64,000 nucleotides of DNA from assembly GCA_012295275.1 (NCBI GenBank), contig CM022674.1:7688001-7752000 (forward strand), in the 5' to 3' direction. The stretch comes from Chrysomallon squamiferum. Its lineage: Eukaryota > Animalia > Mollusca. The notes beneath the pieces were generated by a model. That model was given only the letters and a program-made list of their open reading frames with translations. It did not search any database and was not told where the DNA came from. The translations under genes were made by a program, and so were the position numbers. Shown here piece after piece: positions 27,066 through 40,727 of the stretch. Each line of letters opens with the position of its first letter. Position 1 is the stretch's first letter.

Positions 27066-29000
27066 TAAGGACAATAGTGTTGCTCTGATATTAAGATATC
27101 CTCTAGTCACTACTGACCGCAGAAGAAAGATATTTGCATAATTTTATTTTATAAACACAAACACACACACACACACACACACCACATTTATTTTCATTTG
27201 GTAATTATTGTGAATAAATAAACATTTATGTTATAATTAATTAAAGTAAATAAATACAAACATCAGATATCTTTTCATGCCACATTCCTTTAGTTTCTGA
27301 AAAAATTTTCTTCACCACTTTGGCATCTATATCCACTTGTACCTTGTCTCCAGGTTTCAGCTGATATTCTGACTGGCTTCTCACATCTAAACCAATAAAC
27401 TACATTGGTTAATATTTTATCTTCATCATTATCGTCCTCATCATAATCTCATCATGTGGATCATCATTATTACTATTATTATTTAATATTATTATCTGTG
27501 ATAATTTAATCAAAGTAAAAAAAAAAGATATTAAAATGAAAGTCAAAAACTATTATGAGCTTCTGTGGTACATCTATAGTGCTTCTTTTAAAATTAACTA
27601 AAATTATTAAAACTTAGTATGAGTAACAGGTTTATACAGATTAAAAAACATTGTTTTTAATTAGTTTGTTAATTTATCGTTTTGATATTATTTGTTAGTA
27701 TAGTTGTTATGTATTTGCTGGTAGTTTAAGAAACACACCTAACACAGGAAGATGCTGTGGAAAGTAATACATGCTTTGTGTTTCAGCAATCAGAATGAGA
27801 TCCATACAACCTTCTCCTCCACATCTGTAGTTATTCATTGAACCTTTTTGCCACTTAACTTCAACACCACCTCTATAACTATTTCTTCCCCACTTTACTA
27901 AACGTATGACTTCACCAGCTTCTTTACTGCCACCTAAATTTTAAGACAAAATAAAAGGAAAATTTCTTTGAAAAGATGCAAAATTCAGATTTCATAATTT
28001 TCAAAACAGAAAAAGATATTTGTTAAAGGAATTTAAATGAAATGAGTATAATTAATTACCTTTATGATTACAAAATAGTGTGATGCTTATTGTCACAATT
28101 ATTGTAGGGGAAAGTTAATCTCACTTCAACTGTTATTTTTGTTGATATCTCACCATTCAGTCTATGTCATATCATATCACCTGTCATACTACATAATAAC
28201 AGGTGACACAAAAATTAGTTGTCCATTTTGATCCATGATTATATTACTGAGTGAGCTCAATATTTATGAGGATTTTAATATCTCAGGTGAGTGGCAGCAC
28301 ACAGAATCTAAACCTTGTATGAATATTTTCTTTCTACAATTTCAATGAAATGTTTTCCACTTTTATTTGTAATATTTGTCAGATTATTTCTTTTTGTATT
28401 ATATATTAATGAAAATATAAAATTTCAGTAGGTATCACATTAATAAATATAGAGGAACATATCATTAATTTCATCAGGTAGTTCCTCAAATAAAACATCA
28501 AATAATTGATAAATAATAACACACAAAGATTATAAAAATCAGTCTTATGATTAGTATAAAATTACTAAACTTCTTGGTGTTAATTCTTCTAATTGTAAAA
28601 TTTTAAAAGAAAAAACTCCATTTTTGACCATAAATGTATTTTAACATAGTAAGAAGTACACTACTGACCTCATTATGAACTCTTTACTGCGAAAATACTT
28701 ACCATCCTGATTACTCCACTTCCAGTGTAACCCTCTCTTAACACTAGCACCTGGTAAAATTCCATGCACAGTTTCTGGTTTTAGCAAATTTCTTGAATCT
28801 ATAGGCACTCTAAAAATTATATTAACAGAAATGAATATGTCCTGTTTCAAACGTGACTATTATATATATTTTAATAAAAATATTGGAAGTAAATAATATT
28901 ATTAAGCAATAATACATACCTTTTTGAAATCGTTTGAGAAGATAAATTAGTATTAAATTCAGCAAAAATAAATGTGCAAAACTCTTAATAGTAAAAGGTA

Positions 29001-29047
<47 letters not shown>

Positions 29048-31591
29048 TTTTTTTTTTTTTTTTTTTTTTTTTAATGTAATCTCAGGTTTGCTAACTTACA
29101 GTGTAGATTGCTGTGTTTGATGGAGAAGGAAAGGATGACTAAGATCATGTTTTCCACTCATGTAACACAGAGTGCAAAGGTCGAAGTCACTGCAGGTAGC
29201 ACAATTCCATCGCATACCTTCTATTGGATCCTTTTTGCAAATATCACATGCAATACCGTCATGAACACAACCTAAAAGTTACATAATACTGTTTTTGTGA
29301 GTTAATGATGATGATGATGAGGAAATAATCATTACTTTCTAAATATGGTAAAATGTTATATATCAATAACAATGGAAGACATACAAAAACTAGTTACACT
29401 AAAAAGGTCTGAAAAATGGACGCAAAATAATTTAATTTGGAAGTTTAAAAATTTCCGAGAGCTCACAGAAAATTCAGATCGAAATTAATATGGCTGCGTC
29501 GAACGCCGATTAGTGTTTACAAGCGTTTAAATACGTATGCCTTCATAATACAATCAATTTTACATAATAATTTGGGGAAATATGTCATTTAATCAATGCC
29601 TCGCATACATAGATGTCTATTATTGAGTAGAAATTTTCTGCAAAGGTCGAAACCTTTTGTTGTTGTTGTTGTTTTTTTTGGTAACTTTGACGTGATACCA
29701 TCTCATACTCGTTTCGTTTACGACGTCGCCAGCCAAAATTAAAAAAAAAAAAATAATGATAAAATAATAATAAAATAATATAAAATAAATAATTTTCACA
29801 GACCCTGGCGCGTGAATATGAAGATAACTATTCTCATTAGGTACCATAATGTGGACACGTTACTTTGCTAAAACTCCATACCAGACACCTCTCAGTACGA
29901 AGTTGTAAAACGATACTTCAAACCATTATATTCTTTTTTATATATATTTATTTCCTTTTTCAATGCATTAGAGGTCGTATTTACCTGTAAAAAGCAAACT
30001 GATCACGTTTTATCTGAATGATTGCCTTGATACATTCAGTATAAGGCTTGAATCAGTTTTAAAACAGAACATTTTTTTTTTAAAAATTGAAGGTCCGTCA
30101 ACCGGCCTTATAAAATGTTTAGTCTTTTTCGTTAAAACAAAAAGCATTCAACTTCTAAAACATGTACTATTATGTATGCAAACAATAAGTTTCCTATTTT
30201 TATTTTTAAAAAATCATTGGTCCATGCTACTTAGATTATCATTATGGTTATTTATGACTTCAAATTAATAATTTATTAGCGAGAAAACAAAATTACTCCA
30301 AGATTGTTTACCTCTGTAGAAAATAAAATGACATTTTTGCTTTGGTTTTCTTTAATATTCTTGATTCACTTTTTTAGAGATAATTTGATTTTGGTTCAGA
30401 ACGGACGCTGGTGACAGACGACATCTATCTGTAGAAGGGACATAACTGATGTTGTATTTCCGCATGATATTCATGCTTTAGAGATTTATAAATAAATAAA
30501 TAAATAAAATAAAATAATCATTATCTTGTGATATACATATGAATTTATTACTACTACTATTTTATTTTTATTTTCAAAACATTCGAAAGATTCAAAGAAA
30601 AACCTGTAATTCTGTTTATTTTAGAAACGATTTCGTACTTAATTTTGAGATTAACACGAACGACATCTACAGAAGGGACGTAACTAATACTTTATTTTTC
30701 GTAGTATTTTAGAGGTTGAGAATTTATTATTTGTCGGAGCCCTCGTCGAATAACTAACTACATCTTGTTATTTAAAGATTTCTGAGAATAAAATTTAGCT
30801 TGTTCACTGAACTTGACGCAAACAAAACAGTGGTGTTCTATTAATAGTGTGATGTAAGGGGAATAACTGTAATAAAGCGAATGATTTGTACATGTCAGAG
30901 TATGAGAAAAGAGGGCTAATAAATCCATCGAAGTCTTACATGCGTTCGCGACATCTATGCTGCTGCATAATTGTGTAGCTACATAAAAGTGCTCCAGAAC
31001 AACAAGAATATTTCCTTAAACCCTTGTATTAATTCTTTCAGAATAAAACCATTTCGAGTTTCAGTACAGTGCACAACGTACTGACAATAAACAACTGACG
31101 TATTATGATAACTAATTTATGAAAATTTTTCTTAGAAGAAAGAAATAATGAACGTATCGATATAGATATCATTTGTTAATATTTTTCGAATCTTACCTAT
31201 TTAAAGAGAGTTTGTTGGGTTTTCGTTTATTTATTTATTTAGTTAGTGGGTTAGTTTTCATGATCTAAATCACGGAGTAATAATTACTCTGCTAGCTCAA
31301 CAGCAACAACAACAACAACGAAAAACTAATATAATATTAGGTGTAAAAAATCTGATAGATTTTTTTTCTTTTTCTAAATAGTTTACCTGTCGGTGCGTTA
31401 TCATATATTTTGAGTTCGTGTCGTCCATCATATCCAGCACGATAATGACCTTCGTGACCTATATCCCATATGACCTTCACCTTGCCATTAGCGACATCCT
31501 CTTTCACAACAGTGCCAAGACAACCTTCGCCACCATCTTTCCCTTCACCAGCCCAGTCTGGACCTCGAACTACACGTGTTCCTACCGACAT
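14609..31591 (-). CDS. Mind bomb (MIB2)-like MZM-REP-ankyrin protein fused to a C-terminal PARP (mono-ADP-ribosyltransferase) catalytic domain, ~971 aa, 19 coding exons
   Basis: GT-AG exons with matching phases: 31591-31387, 29271-29100, 28809-28703, 27933-27739, 27386-27262, 26965-26858, 26428-26324, 25961-25787, 25109-24967, 24208-24060, 23415-23259, 22734-22586, 19075-18946, 18473-18371, 18133-18054, 17681-17515, 17215-16985, 16191-15979, 14810-14609; total 2916 nt ending TAG. Motifs: MIB/HERC2 (VGTRVVRGPDW..DGGEG..GTV; GASVKRGLHWKWSNQDGG), ZZ (CDIC..IEGMRWNCATCSDFDLCTLCY..KHDLSH), REP (LKPGDKV; FSVGETV..LQEGHGGWNDEM), ankyrin (GDTALHFA, GLTPCHQA, GDTPLHDA, GYTALHIA, QTPLHLA), PARP (LFHGT, YGDGAYFA, KIFVIFDNAQCYAEYLIEY). 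Confidence 0.85.
14931..15615 (+). mobile_element. Degenerate mariner transposon in intron 18
   Basis: Remnants ..SIVFIDYLQTGQTVNG..LLRQL and SPDLAVSDYHLIPKLK (cf. YSPDLAPSD); imperfect inverted ends GGCTGAAAAGT / ACTTTTCAACC. Confidence 0.75.
18610..18910. repeat. 47-bp intronic tandem repeat
   Basis: Unit AATGAAAATAAATCCATCTTGATGTTCTTACTAGATATAAATAATGT, ~5-6 copies. Confidence 0.85.
19337..21950 (-). mobile_element. Degenerate I/Nimb-like LINE (endonuclease-RT-RNase H remnants) in intron 12
   Basis: RT motif QHGF...DQLV...HLVSVCFDLEKAYD (20722-20964), endonuclease LFNDNSHTYFH...FIDQTLC (21100-21339), RNase H-like remnant near 20100-20170, (CACT)n 3' tail at ~19337-19350; many stops. 5' boundary approximate. 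Confidence 0.8.
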
Positions 31592-31778
31592 CACTCTAAG
31601 TCTCTTTCAAAAAGAATTAAATGGAATAATTTTGCAGTGAAAATATTTATCTGTATGTCTGCCTATCTATCTATCTGTCTATTTATCTATATATATATAT
31701 CTGTCTATCTATCTGTCTGTATATCTATCTGTACTATTATCCATCTGACTGTCTGCCTGCAGGTCTGTCTATATGTCC

Positions 31779-31823
<45 letters not shown>

Positions 31824-33058
31824 GCTATCTAGCTATATGTCTGTCAATCTATACGTCTGTCTGTCTGTCTATATTTCTATTTATTTGTCTGTCTATATTT
31901 CTATTTATGTATTGTCTATATTTCTATTTATTTGTCTGTCTCTCTGTCTATCTACACAGAGTTGTACGTTTCTCTAGCAGACTCTGAGATGAGCGGTCAT
32001 CTACGATGTACGGACAGTTTTCCAGGGCCCATTTCTTTTCACTGGATATGTCCCTTAGATCAGCGGTCACCTACAGAACGCGATTTTGGAAAGCATTTTA
32101 AAATTATAATTCAACTGCTAAATGTATTTGGATTTTTTCTCCAATATTAATAATTTTATTGTTGTACGGCAGTTTTATACTATATTTTCTGCGCTGCACA
32201 ATGCATTCTGGAATTGTCACTTCTGTCGAATACAAGAATCTGCGAAATGCAGTCGCTTGGCTGTTAAACCGCGCGAATTCACCCCATTTGGTACACAACT
32301 TTGATGATGTTTAGCGGTCTTTGGGGTCGATAAAATGGTGCGGCTGGCACGATTTGGAGCTCTGTCTCGATTTCAAATTCAATATTTTGCTAAAACATAA
32401 ATATAATTTATGCTTATTATGACTGTTATGAACTGCAAAAGTACGATTTATTTACATTTGTCAGTGAACTCGATATGTTTGTTTTAGAGTTTAGCAGAAA
32501 GCTCTGGCGCTTGATGTAATTCTCGGCCACGGTTTATGTTTGTTATGGGTTCTGGTGTGGTGGATGTGAACAACGATAGTAAATAGGTTATTATGGAAAA
32601 TAATAAAATTGCCTGTTATTTTTGTCCCTCTGATGAGGAGACACCTGCGTTGTAGGGACACTTTTGCTTGGCTCCACAGGTGTCCTTACAAGACAGGTTC
32701 CATTCTGTGTGTGTGTGTGGCTCGCTCAGCTGAATGCAATTAATAAACATATTTTTACTACTACTGATAACTGATAAAAATGATAATATTTATAAAAGGG
32801 TTATTATTCATCATTACACATTTCTTAATTTGCTAAGCAAGTCATCCTTATTATAAATATTTCCAATACCTTTGCAGATTTATATATAAACGTTTACACA
32901 TATACCGTAATTAATTTTGAAAACAAAACCAAAGCTAAAAACGAAGACAAAAACGAAAAAAAAAAAAATATATATATATTTAAATAAATACAAAATATAA
33001 CCGTCTAAAGGTTTTAATAATTTTTGCAAGTATTATGATGATGATGATGATAATAACG

Positions 33059-33111
<53 letters not shown>

Positions 33112-33432
33112 CGTTATTATTATTCTGTTTATATGAGTCTGGACATTAAAAAATCATTTTTAGATTTCCTTTGAATAGACATCTTACGAAATACGCGGTT
33201 TAACGTTTCCTGAGTAGGGATCATGTATCATATATCGAGACAATAGTTGTGACAAGTTTTTACGTGTTTGTCTAAATTACATCCTGGTATGTAAAATGTT
33301 GTGGATTAAATGTATATTATTGTTATGTTTCATTTCACCGCAAAACTCAAACTAAATATATCTTCTTTAAAGTATAAACAATTTTTTTATATTACTAGGT
33401 TTACCGTATCTGGTTAAAACTGTCAAACTTAC

Positions 33433-33525
33433 CGGGTAAACGGTGTAGTTGTTATCTTGTTCTGCATTCTGGTCGTTCGACGTTGCCTCAGTCTTCGTAG
33501 CAATTATCAACACAGAAATCTGCAT
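33433..33525 (-). other. Candidate upstream (5'UTR or N-terminal) exon of the MIB-PARP gene
   Basis: Strong donor CCG|GTAAGT at 33433/33432 in a CpG-richer stretch. ATG at 33525 gives 31 codons, in frame with the acceptor TTTTGAAAG| at 31603, 12 nt before the MIB ATG. No transcript evidence. Confidence 0.35.
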
Positions 33526-34708
33526 GACAAAGGCATGTCGGGAACGTTTCAAATATAGACGACCCGTCAGACTACAGTGATAATTAGTTTATAGAGCATT
33601 TTTATCTGCTACAGTAGTTACCATTTCGCGCTTCGTAGCGGTCAAGTTCGATTTCCTATTCACAAGATATTACTCTTACTATTATTATTATTGTTGTCGT
33701 TGTTGTTATGCAATGGACTGCTAGAAATTTAAATTAAACAAATGTTAAATTTAAATTAAATAAATGTATGAAATACAACCGTACATTTTCTCCTTTTGCT
33801 TCTTGTTATCAAAAAAACAGCTCAAGTCACACAGCGTACGCACCGAAACACCACGGTCCATTTCTTTCTCAACAGCTCTACTTTACCTTGGATCGACATG
33901 GACTGGTGTTTACGTTTTGACACCATGAGAGATAGTTTCACTTGTCTTAGAAGCCATAGCTAGGTGAAGTTGAAGCGAAATAAGCTAAGAATCTCACAGA
34001 ATTGCGGTATCACAGAAGTGCAGTGTAAATAATGTAAATAAGCACGCCCTACACATAACGCCATCTGTGGCTGCCCAGTAAACAATTCTCTATGTAATTT
34101 TGTCCGGACTAAAGGAGGTGCCGGGAATTCGGTGGTGTACCTGCAGTATAAATAGGTGAAAGACTTATCCTCGTGGAGCTGGTTACGATTCGATATGCTG
34201 GACACTCTCTTGTGTCCTGCCTAATACTAATTTTAGTAATAATCCCTTTCTGTTTCCTTCCCAAAAACTATTTTTCTACGGCAGACACGCCCGCTGACCT
34301 GTGAGAAAGCATGCCTGTCGTACACGTGCTTCGCAATAGCACGCTCTGTTTAGCACGTTAAATTTTTCCCCAGGTCCCAGATCCTCTTGGGGAATCCCCG
34401 AAGAGGTCACATGTACTGAAAGTGTACGGATCATAGTGAAGCCGCAATAGCGCTATTCAACTCGTTCGTTGTAATGTATCACACTTCTATGCTACATATC
34501 AGTATTAACAAAATTATTATTAACTGGCGCGTGGTCCAAAACTTCAATACGTTTTTGAGTTTTATTTTAATACCATTTGTACTTATTAAATTATCACAGA
34601 TAATACTATTAAATAATAATAGAAATAATGATGATGCACATGTTGAGATTATGATGAGGAGGATAATGATGCAGATAAATTATAAACTAATGTATTTTGT
34701 GGGTTTAG

Positions 34709-34833
34709 ATGTGAGAAGCCAGTCAGAATATCAGCTGAAACCTGGAGACAAGGTACGAGTGGATATAGATGCCAAAATAGTGAAGAAAATTTTGTCAGAA
34801 ACTAAAGGAATGTGGCATGAAAAGATATCTGAT
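34709..34833 (+). pseudogene. Orphan inverted copy of MIB-PARP exon 5 (REP domain) with flanking intron
   Basis: AG|(D)VRSQSEYQLKPGDKVRVDIDAKIVKKILSETKGMWHEKISD|GT; ~34540-35030 is a reverse-complement match to ~27050-27550; no neighbouring exons. Confidence 0.75.
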
Positions 34834-34999
34834 GTTTATTTACTTTAATTAATTATAATATAAACATTTTTATAATCACAATAATAACCAAATAAAAATA
34901 AATGTGTGCGTGTTTATAAAATAAAATTATGCAAGTACCTCTCTTCTGCAGTCAGTAGTGACTGAAGGATATCTTAATATCAGAGCAACACTATTGTCA

Positions 35000-35033
<34 letters not shown>

Positions 35034-35427
35034 CATATTTATTTATATATATTTTATTTTTTATATGGTGTCTGAATAATAGGAAGCTTCTATCAACCAA
35101 TTAATAATGCTGAGACATAGACAGTCGGTGACAGCCCGATTTTTATATCTGAAGCAGTCATTGGCTGTAATAGATTCCTTTCCTAGTGAGAGCCAGACGT
35201 TTACAGGACTGAGAAAAATGTTCCATGTTTCTCCTAAACTTGGCAGAACATATGATTAATTCTAACAAGCTCAGTTTGAATTAGTGTCTTGAAATGAGAG
35301 ACTGGTGAATGATAAAATAGAAAGAAAATTAGAAATAAATAAATAGACGAAACGATAAATAAGCTTGAAATGAACCAATTAATAAAAAAGAAGGAACAAA
35401 ATAATGATAATAATAATAATGATAATA

Positions 35428-35461
<34 letters not shown>

Positions 35462-35708
35462 TTAATACAAATAATAATAATAATTATTATTATTATTATT
35501 ATTATTATAAAAATAAATAAATAAAAATAATAATAATGGTGTGTCTGTCTGTATCTAAGTATGTATGTATGTATGTATGTATGTAAATTGAAGCTACCAG
35601 TGACAATGAAGCAAATGCTTTTCAGTACATAGTTTTAATTCATTTTTAAAATTGCACAATTGATATATTTACAGGATACAGACAGAAATAATTATCTTAT
35701 CTTATTAC

Positions 35709-35908
35709 NNNNNNNNNNNNNNNNNNNNNNNNNNNNNNNNNNNNNNNNNNNNNNNNNNNNNNNNNNNNNNNNNNNNNNNNNNNNNNNNNNNNNNNNNNNN
35801 NNNNNNNNNNNNNNNNNNNNNNNNNNNNNNNNNNNNNNNNNNNNNNNNNNNNNNNNNNNNNNNNNNNNNNNNNNNNNNNNNNNNNNNNNNNNNNNNNNNN
35901 NNNNNNNN
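35709..35908. other. Assembly gap (200 N)
   Basis: Run of exactly 200 N. Confidence 0.99.
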
Positions 35909-36319
35909 GGCAGCACACAGAATCTAAACCTTGTATGAATATTTTCTTTCTACAATTTCAATGAAATGTTTTTCCACTTTTATTTGTAATATTTGTCAGA
36001 TTATTTCTTTTTGTATTATATATTAATGAAAATATAAAATTTCAGTAGGTATCACATTAATAAATATAGAGGAACATATCATTAATTTCATCAGGTAGTT
36101 CCTCAAATAAAACATCAAATAATTGATAAATAATAACACACAAAGATTATAAAAATCAGTCTTATGATTAGTATAAAATTACTAAACTTCTTGGTGTTAA
36201 TTCTTCTAATTGTAAAATTTTAAAAGAAAAAACTCCATTTTTGACCATAAATGTATTTTAACATAGTAAGAAGTACACTACTGACCTCATTATGAACTCT
36301 TTACTGCGAAAATACTTAC

Positions 36320-39200
36320 CATCCTGATTACTCCACTTCCAGTGTAACCCTCTCTTAACACTAGCACCTGGTAAAATTCCATGCACAGTTTCTGGTTTTA
36401 GCAAATTTCTTGAATCTATAGGCACTCTAAAAATTATATTAACAGAAATGAATATGTCCTGTTTCAAACGTGACTATTATATATATTTTAATAAAAATAT
36501 TGGAAGTAAATAATATTATTAAGCAATAATACATACCTTTTTGAAATCGTTTGAGAAGATAAATTAGTATTAAATTCAGCAAAAATAAATGTGCAAAACT
36601 CTTAATAGTAAAAGGTATTTTTATTATTATTATTATTATTATTATACGGTATTTTTTTTTTTTTTTTTTTTTTTTAATGTAATCTCAGGTTTGCTAACTT
36701 ACAGTGTAGATTGCTGTGTTTGATGGAGAAGGAAAGGATGACTAAGATCATGTTTTCCACTCATGTAACACAGAGTGCAAAGGTCGAAGTCACTGCAGGT
36801 AGCACAATTCCATCGCATACCTTCTATTGGATCCTTTTTGCAAATATCACATGCAATACCGTCATGAACACAACCTAAAAGTTACATAATACTGTTTTTG
36901 TGAGTTAATGATGATGATGATGAGGAAATAATCATTACTTTCTAAATATGGTAAAATGTTATATATCAATAACAATGGAAGACATACAAAAACTAGTTAC
37001 ACTAAAAAGGTCTGAAAAATGGACGCAAAATAATTTAATTTGGAAGTTTAAAAATTTCCGAGAGCTCACAGAAAATTCAGATCGAAATTAATATGGCTGC
37101 GTCGAACGCCGATTAGTGTTTACAAGCGTTTAAATACGTATGCCTTCATAATACAATCAATTTTACATAATAATTTGGGGAAATATGTCATTTAATCAAT
37201 GCCTCGCATACATAGATGTCTATTATTGAGTAGAAATTTTCTGCAAAGGTCGAAACCTTTTGTTGTTGTTGTTTTTTTTTTTTGGTAACTTTGACGTGAT
37301 ACCATCTCATACTCGTTTCGTTTACGACGTCGCCAGCCAAAATTAAAAAAAAAAAAATAATGATAAAATAATAATAAAATAATATAAAATAAATAATTTT
37401 CACAGACCCTGGCGCGTGAATATGAAGATAACTATTCTCATTAGGTATCCATAATGTGGACACGTTACTTTGCTAAAACTCCATACCAGACACCTCTCAG
37501 TACGAAGTTGTAAAACGATACTTCAAACCATTATATTCTTTTTTATATATATTTATTTCCTTTTTCAATGCATTAGAGGTCGTATTTACCTGTAAAAAGC
37601 AAACTGATCACGTTTTATCTGAATGATTGCCTTGATACATTCAGTATAAGGCTTGAATCAGTTTTACAACAGAACATTTTTTTTTAAAAATTGAAGGTCC
37701 GTCAACCGGCCTTATAAAATGTTTAGTCTTTTTCGTTAAAACAAAAAGCATTCAACTTCTAAAACATGTACTATTATGTATGCAAACAATAAGTTTCCTA
37801 TTTTTATTTTTAAAAAATCATTGGTCCATGCTACTTAGATTATCATTATGGTTATTTATGACTTCAAATTAATAATTTATTAGCGAGAAAACAAAATTAC
37901 TCCAAGATTGTTTACCTCTGTAGAAAATAAAATGACATTTTTGCTTTGGTTTTCTTTAATATTCTTGATTCACTTTTTTAGAGATAATTTGATTTTGGTT
38001 CAGAACGGACGCTGGTGACAGACGACATCTATCTGTAGAAGGGACATAACTGATGTTGTATTTCCGCATGATATTCATGCTTTAGAGATTTATAAATAAA
38101 TAAATAAATAAAATAAAATAATCATTATCTTGTGATATACATATGAATTTATTACTACTACTATTTTATTTTTATTTTCAAAACATTCGAAAGATTCAAA
38201 GAAAACCTGTAATTCTGTTTATTTTAGAAACGATTTCGTACTTAATTTTGAGATTAACACGAACGACATCTACAGAAGGGACGTAACTAATACTTTATTT
38301 TTCGTAGTATTTTAGAGGTTGAGAATTTATTATTTGTCGGAGCCCTCGTCGAACCCACTAACTAACTACATCTTGTTATTTAAAGATTTCTGAGAATAAA
38401 ATTTAGCTTGTTCACTGAACTTGACGCAAAACAAAACAGTGGTGTTCTATTAATAGTGTGATGTAAGGGGAATAACTGTAATAAAGCGAATGATTTGTAC
38501 ATGTCAGAGTATGAGAAAAGAGGGCTAATAAATCCATCGAAGTCTTACATGCGTTCGCGACATCTATGCTGCTGCATAATTGTGTAGCTACATAAAAGTG
38601 CTCCAGAACAACAAGAATATTTCCTTAAACCCTTGTATTAATTCTTTCAGAATAAAACCATTTCGAGTTTCAGTACAGTGCACAACGTACTGACAATAAA
38701 CAACTGACGTATTATGATAACTAATTTATGAAAATTTTTCTTAGAAGAAAGAAATAATGAACGTATCGATATAGATATCATTTGTTAATATTTTTCGAAT
38801 CTTACCTATTTAAAGAGAGTTTGTTGGGTTTTCGTTTATTTATTTATTTAGTTAGTGGGTTAGTTTTCATGATCTAAATCACGGAGTAATAATTACTCTG
38901 CTAGCTCAACAGCAACAACAACAACAACGAAAAACTAATATAATATTAGGTGTAAAAAATCTGATAGATTTTTTTTCTTTTTCTAAATAGTTTACCTGTC
39001 GGTGCGTTATCATATATTTTGAGTTCGTGTCGTCCATCATATCCAGCACGATAATGACCTTCGTGACCTATATCCCATATGACCTTCACCTTGCCATTAG
39101 CGACATCCTCTTTCACAACAGTGCCAAGACAACCTTCGCCACCATCTTTCCCTTCACCAGCCCAGTCTGGACCTCGAACTACACGTGTTCCTACCGACAT
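36320..39200 (-). other. Second copy of MIB-PARP exons 1-3 inside the gap-adjacent duplicate
   Basis: Exons 39200-38996, 36874-36703 and 36426-36320 match exons 1-3; the copy is cut off by the N gap. Confidence 0.8.
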
Positions 39201-39387
39201 CACTCTAAGTCTCTTTCAAAAAGAATTAAATGGAATAATTTTGCAGTGAAAATATTTATCTGTATGTCTGCCTATCTATCTATCTGTCTATTTATCTATA
39301 TATATATATCTGTCTATCTATCTGTCTGTATATCTATCTGTACTATTATCCATCTGACTGTCTGCCTGCAGGTCTGTCTATATGTCC

Positions 39388-39432
<45 letters not shown>

Positions 39433-40671
39433 GCTATCTAGCTATATGTCTGTCAATCTATACGTCTGTCTGTCTGTCTATATTTCTATTTATTTGTCTG
39501 TCTATATTTCTATTTATGTATCTGTCTATATTTCTATTTATTTGTCTGTCTCTCTGTCTATCTACACAGAGTTGTACGTTTCTCTAGCAGACTCTGAGAT
39601 GAGCGGTCATCTACGATGTACGGACAGTTTTCCAGGGCCCATTTCTTTTCACTGGATATGTCCCTTAGATCAGCGGTCACCTACAGAACGCGATTTTGGA
39701 AAGCATTTTTAAAATTATAATTCAACTGCTAAATGTATTTGGATTTTTTTCTCCAATATTAATAATTTTATTGTTGTACGGCAGTTTTATACTATATTTT
39801 CTGCGCTGCACAATGCATTCTGGAATTGTCACTTCTGTCGAATACAAGAATCTGCGAAATGCAGTCGCTTGGCTGTTAAACCGCGCGAATTCACCCCATT
39901 TGGTACACAACTTTGATGATGTTTAGCGGTCTTTGGGGTCGATAAAATGGTGCGGCTGGCACGATTTGGAGCTCTGTCTCGATTTCAAATTCAATATTTT
40001 GCTAAAACATAAATATAATTTATGCTTATTATGACTGTTATGAACTGCAAAAGTACGATTTATTTACATTTGTCAGTGAACTCGATATGTTTGTTTTAGA
40101 GTTTAGCAGAAAGCTCTGGCGCTTGATGTAATTCTCGGCCACGGTTTATGTTTGTTATGGGTTCTGGTGTGGTGGATGTGAACAACGATAGTAAATAGGT
40201 TATTATGGAAAATAATAAAATTGCCTGTTATTTTTGTCCCTCTGATGAGGAGACACCTGCGTTGTAGGGACACTTTTGCTTGGCTCCACAGGTGTCCTTA
40301 CAAGACAGGTTCCATTCTGTGTGTGTGTGTGGCTCGCTCAGTTGAATGCAATTAATAAACATATTTTTACTACTACTGATAACTGATAAAAATGATAATA
40401 TTTATAAAAGGGTTATTATTCATCATTACACATTTCTTAATTTGCTAAGCAAGTCATCCTTATTATAAATATTTCCAATACCTTTGCAGATTTATATATA
40501 AACGTTTACACATATACCGTAATTAATTTTGAAAACAAAACCAAAGCTAAAAACGAAGACAAAAACGAAAAAAAAAAAAAATATATATATATTTAAATAA
40601 ATACAAAATATAACCGTCTAAAGGTTTTAATAATTTTTGCAAGTATTATGATGATGATGATGATAATAACG

Positions 40672-40727
<56 letters not shown>

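Noticed and set aside
31418-31987. 189-aa plus-strand ORF (also 39027-39587)
   Set aside because: Antisense of MIB exon 1 plus a (TCTA)n tract.
31970-32705. Possible MITE with GACACC/GGTGTC subterminal motifs
   Set aside because: One end looks TIR-like, but I could not pair the termini or find a TSD.
35660-35938. ORFs spanning X residues
   Set aside because: Artefacts of the N gap.
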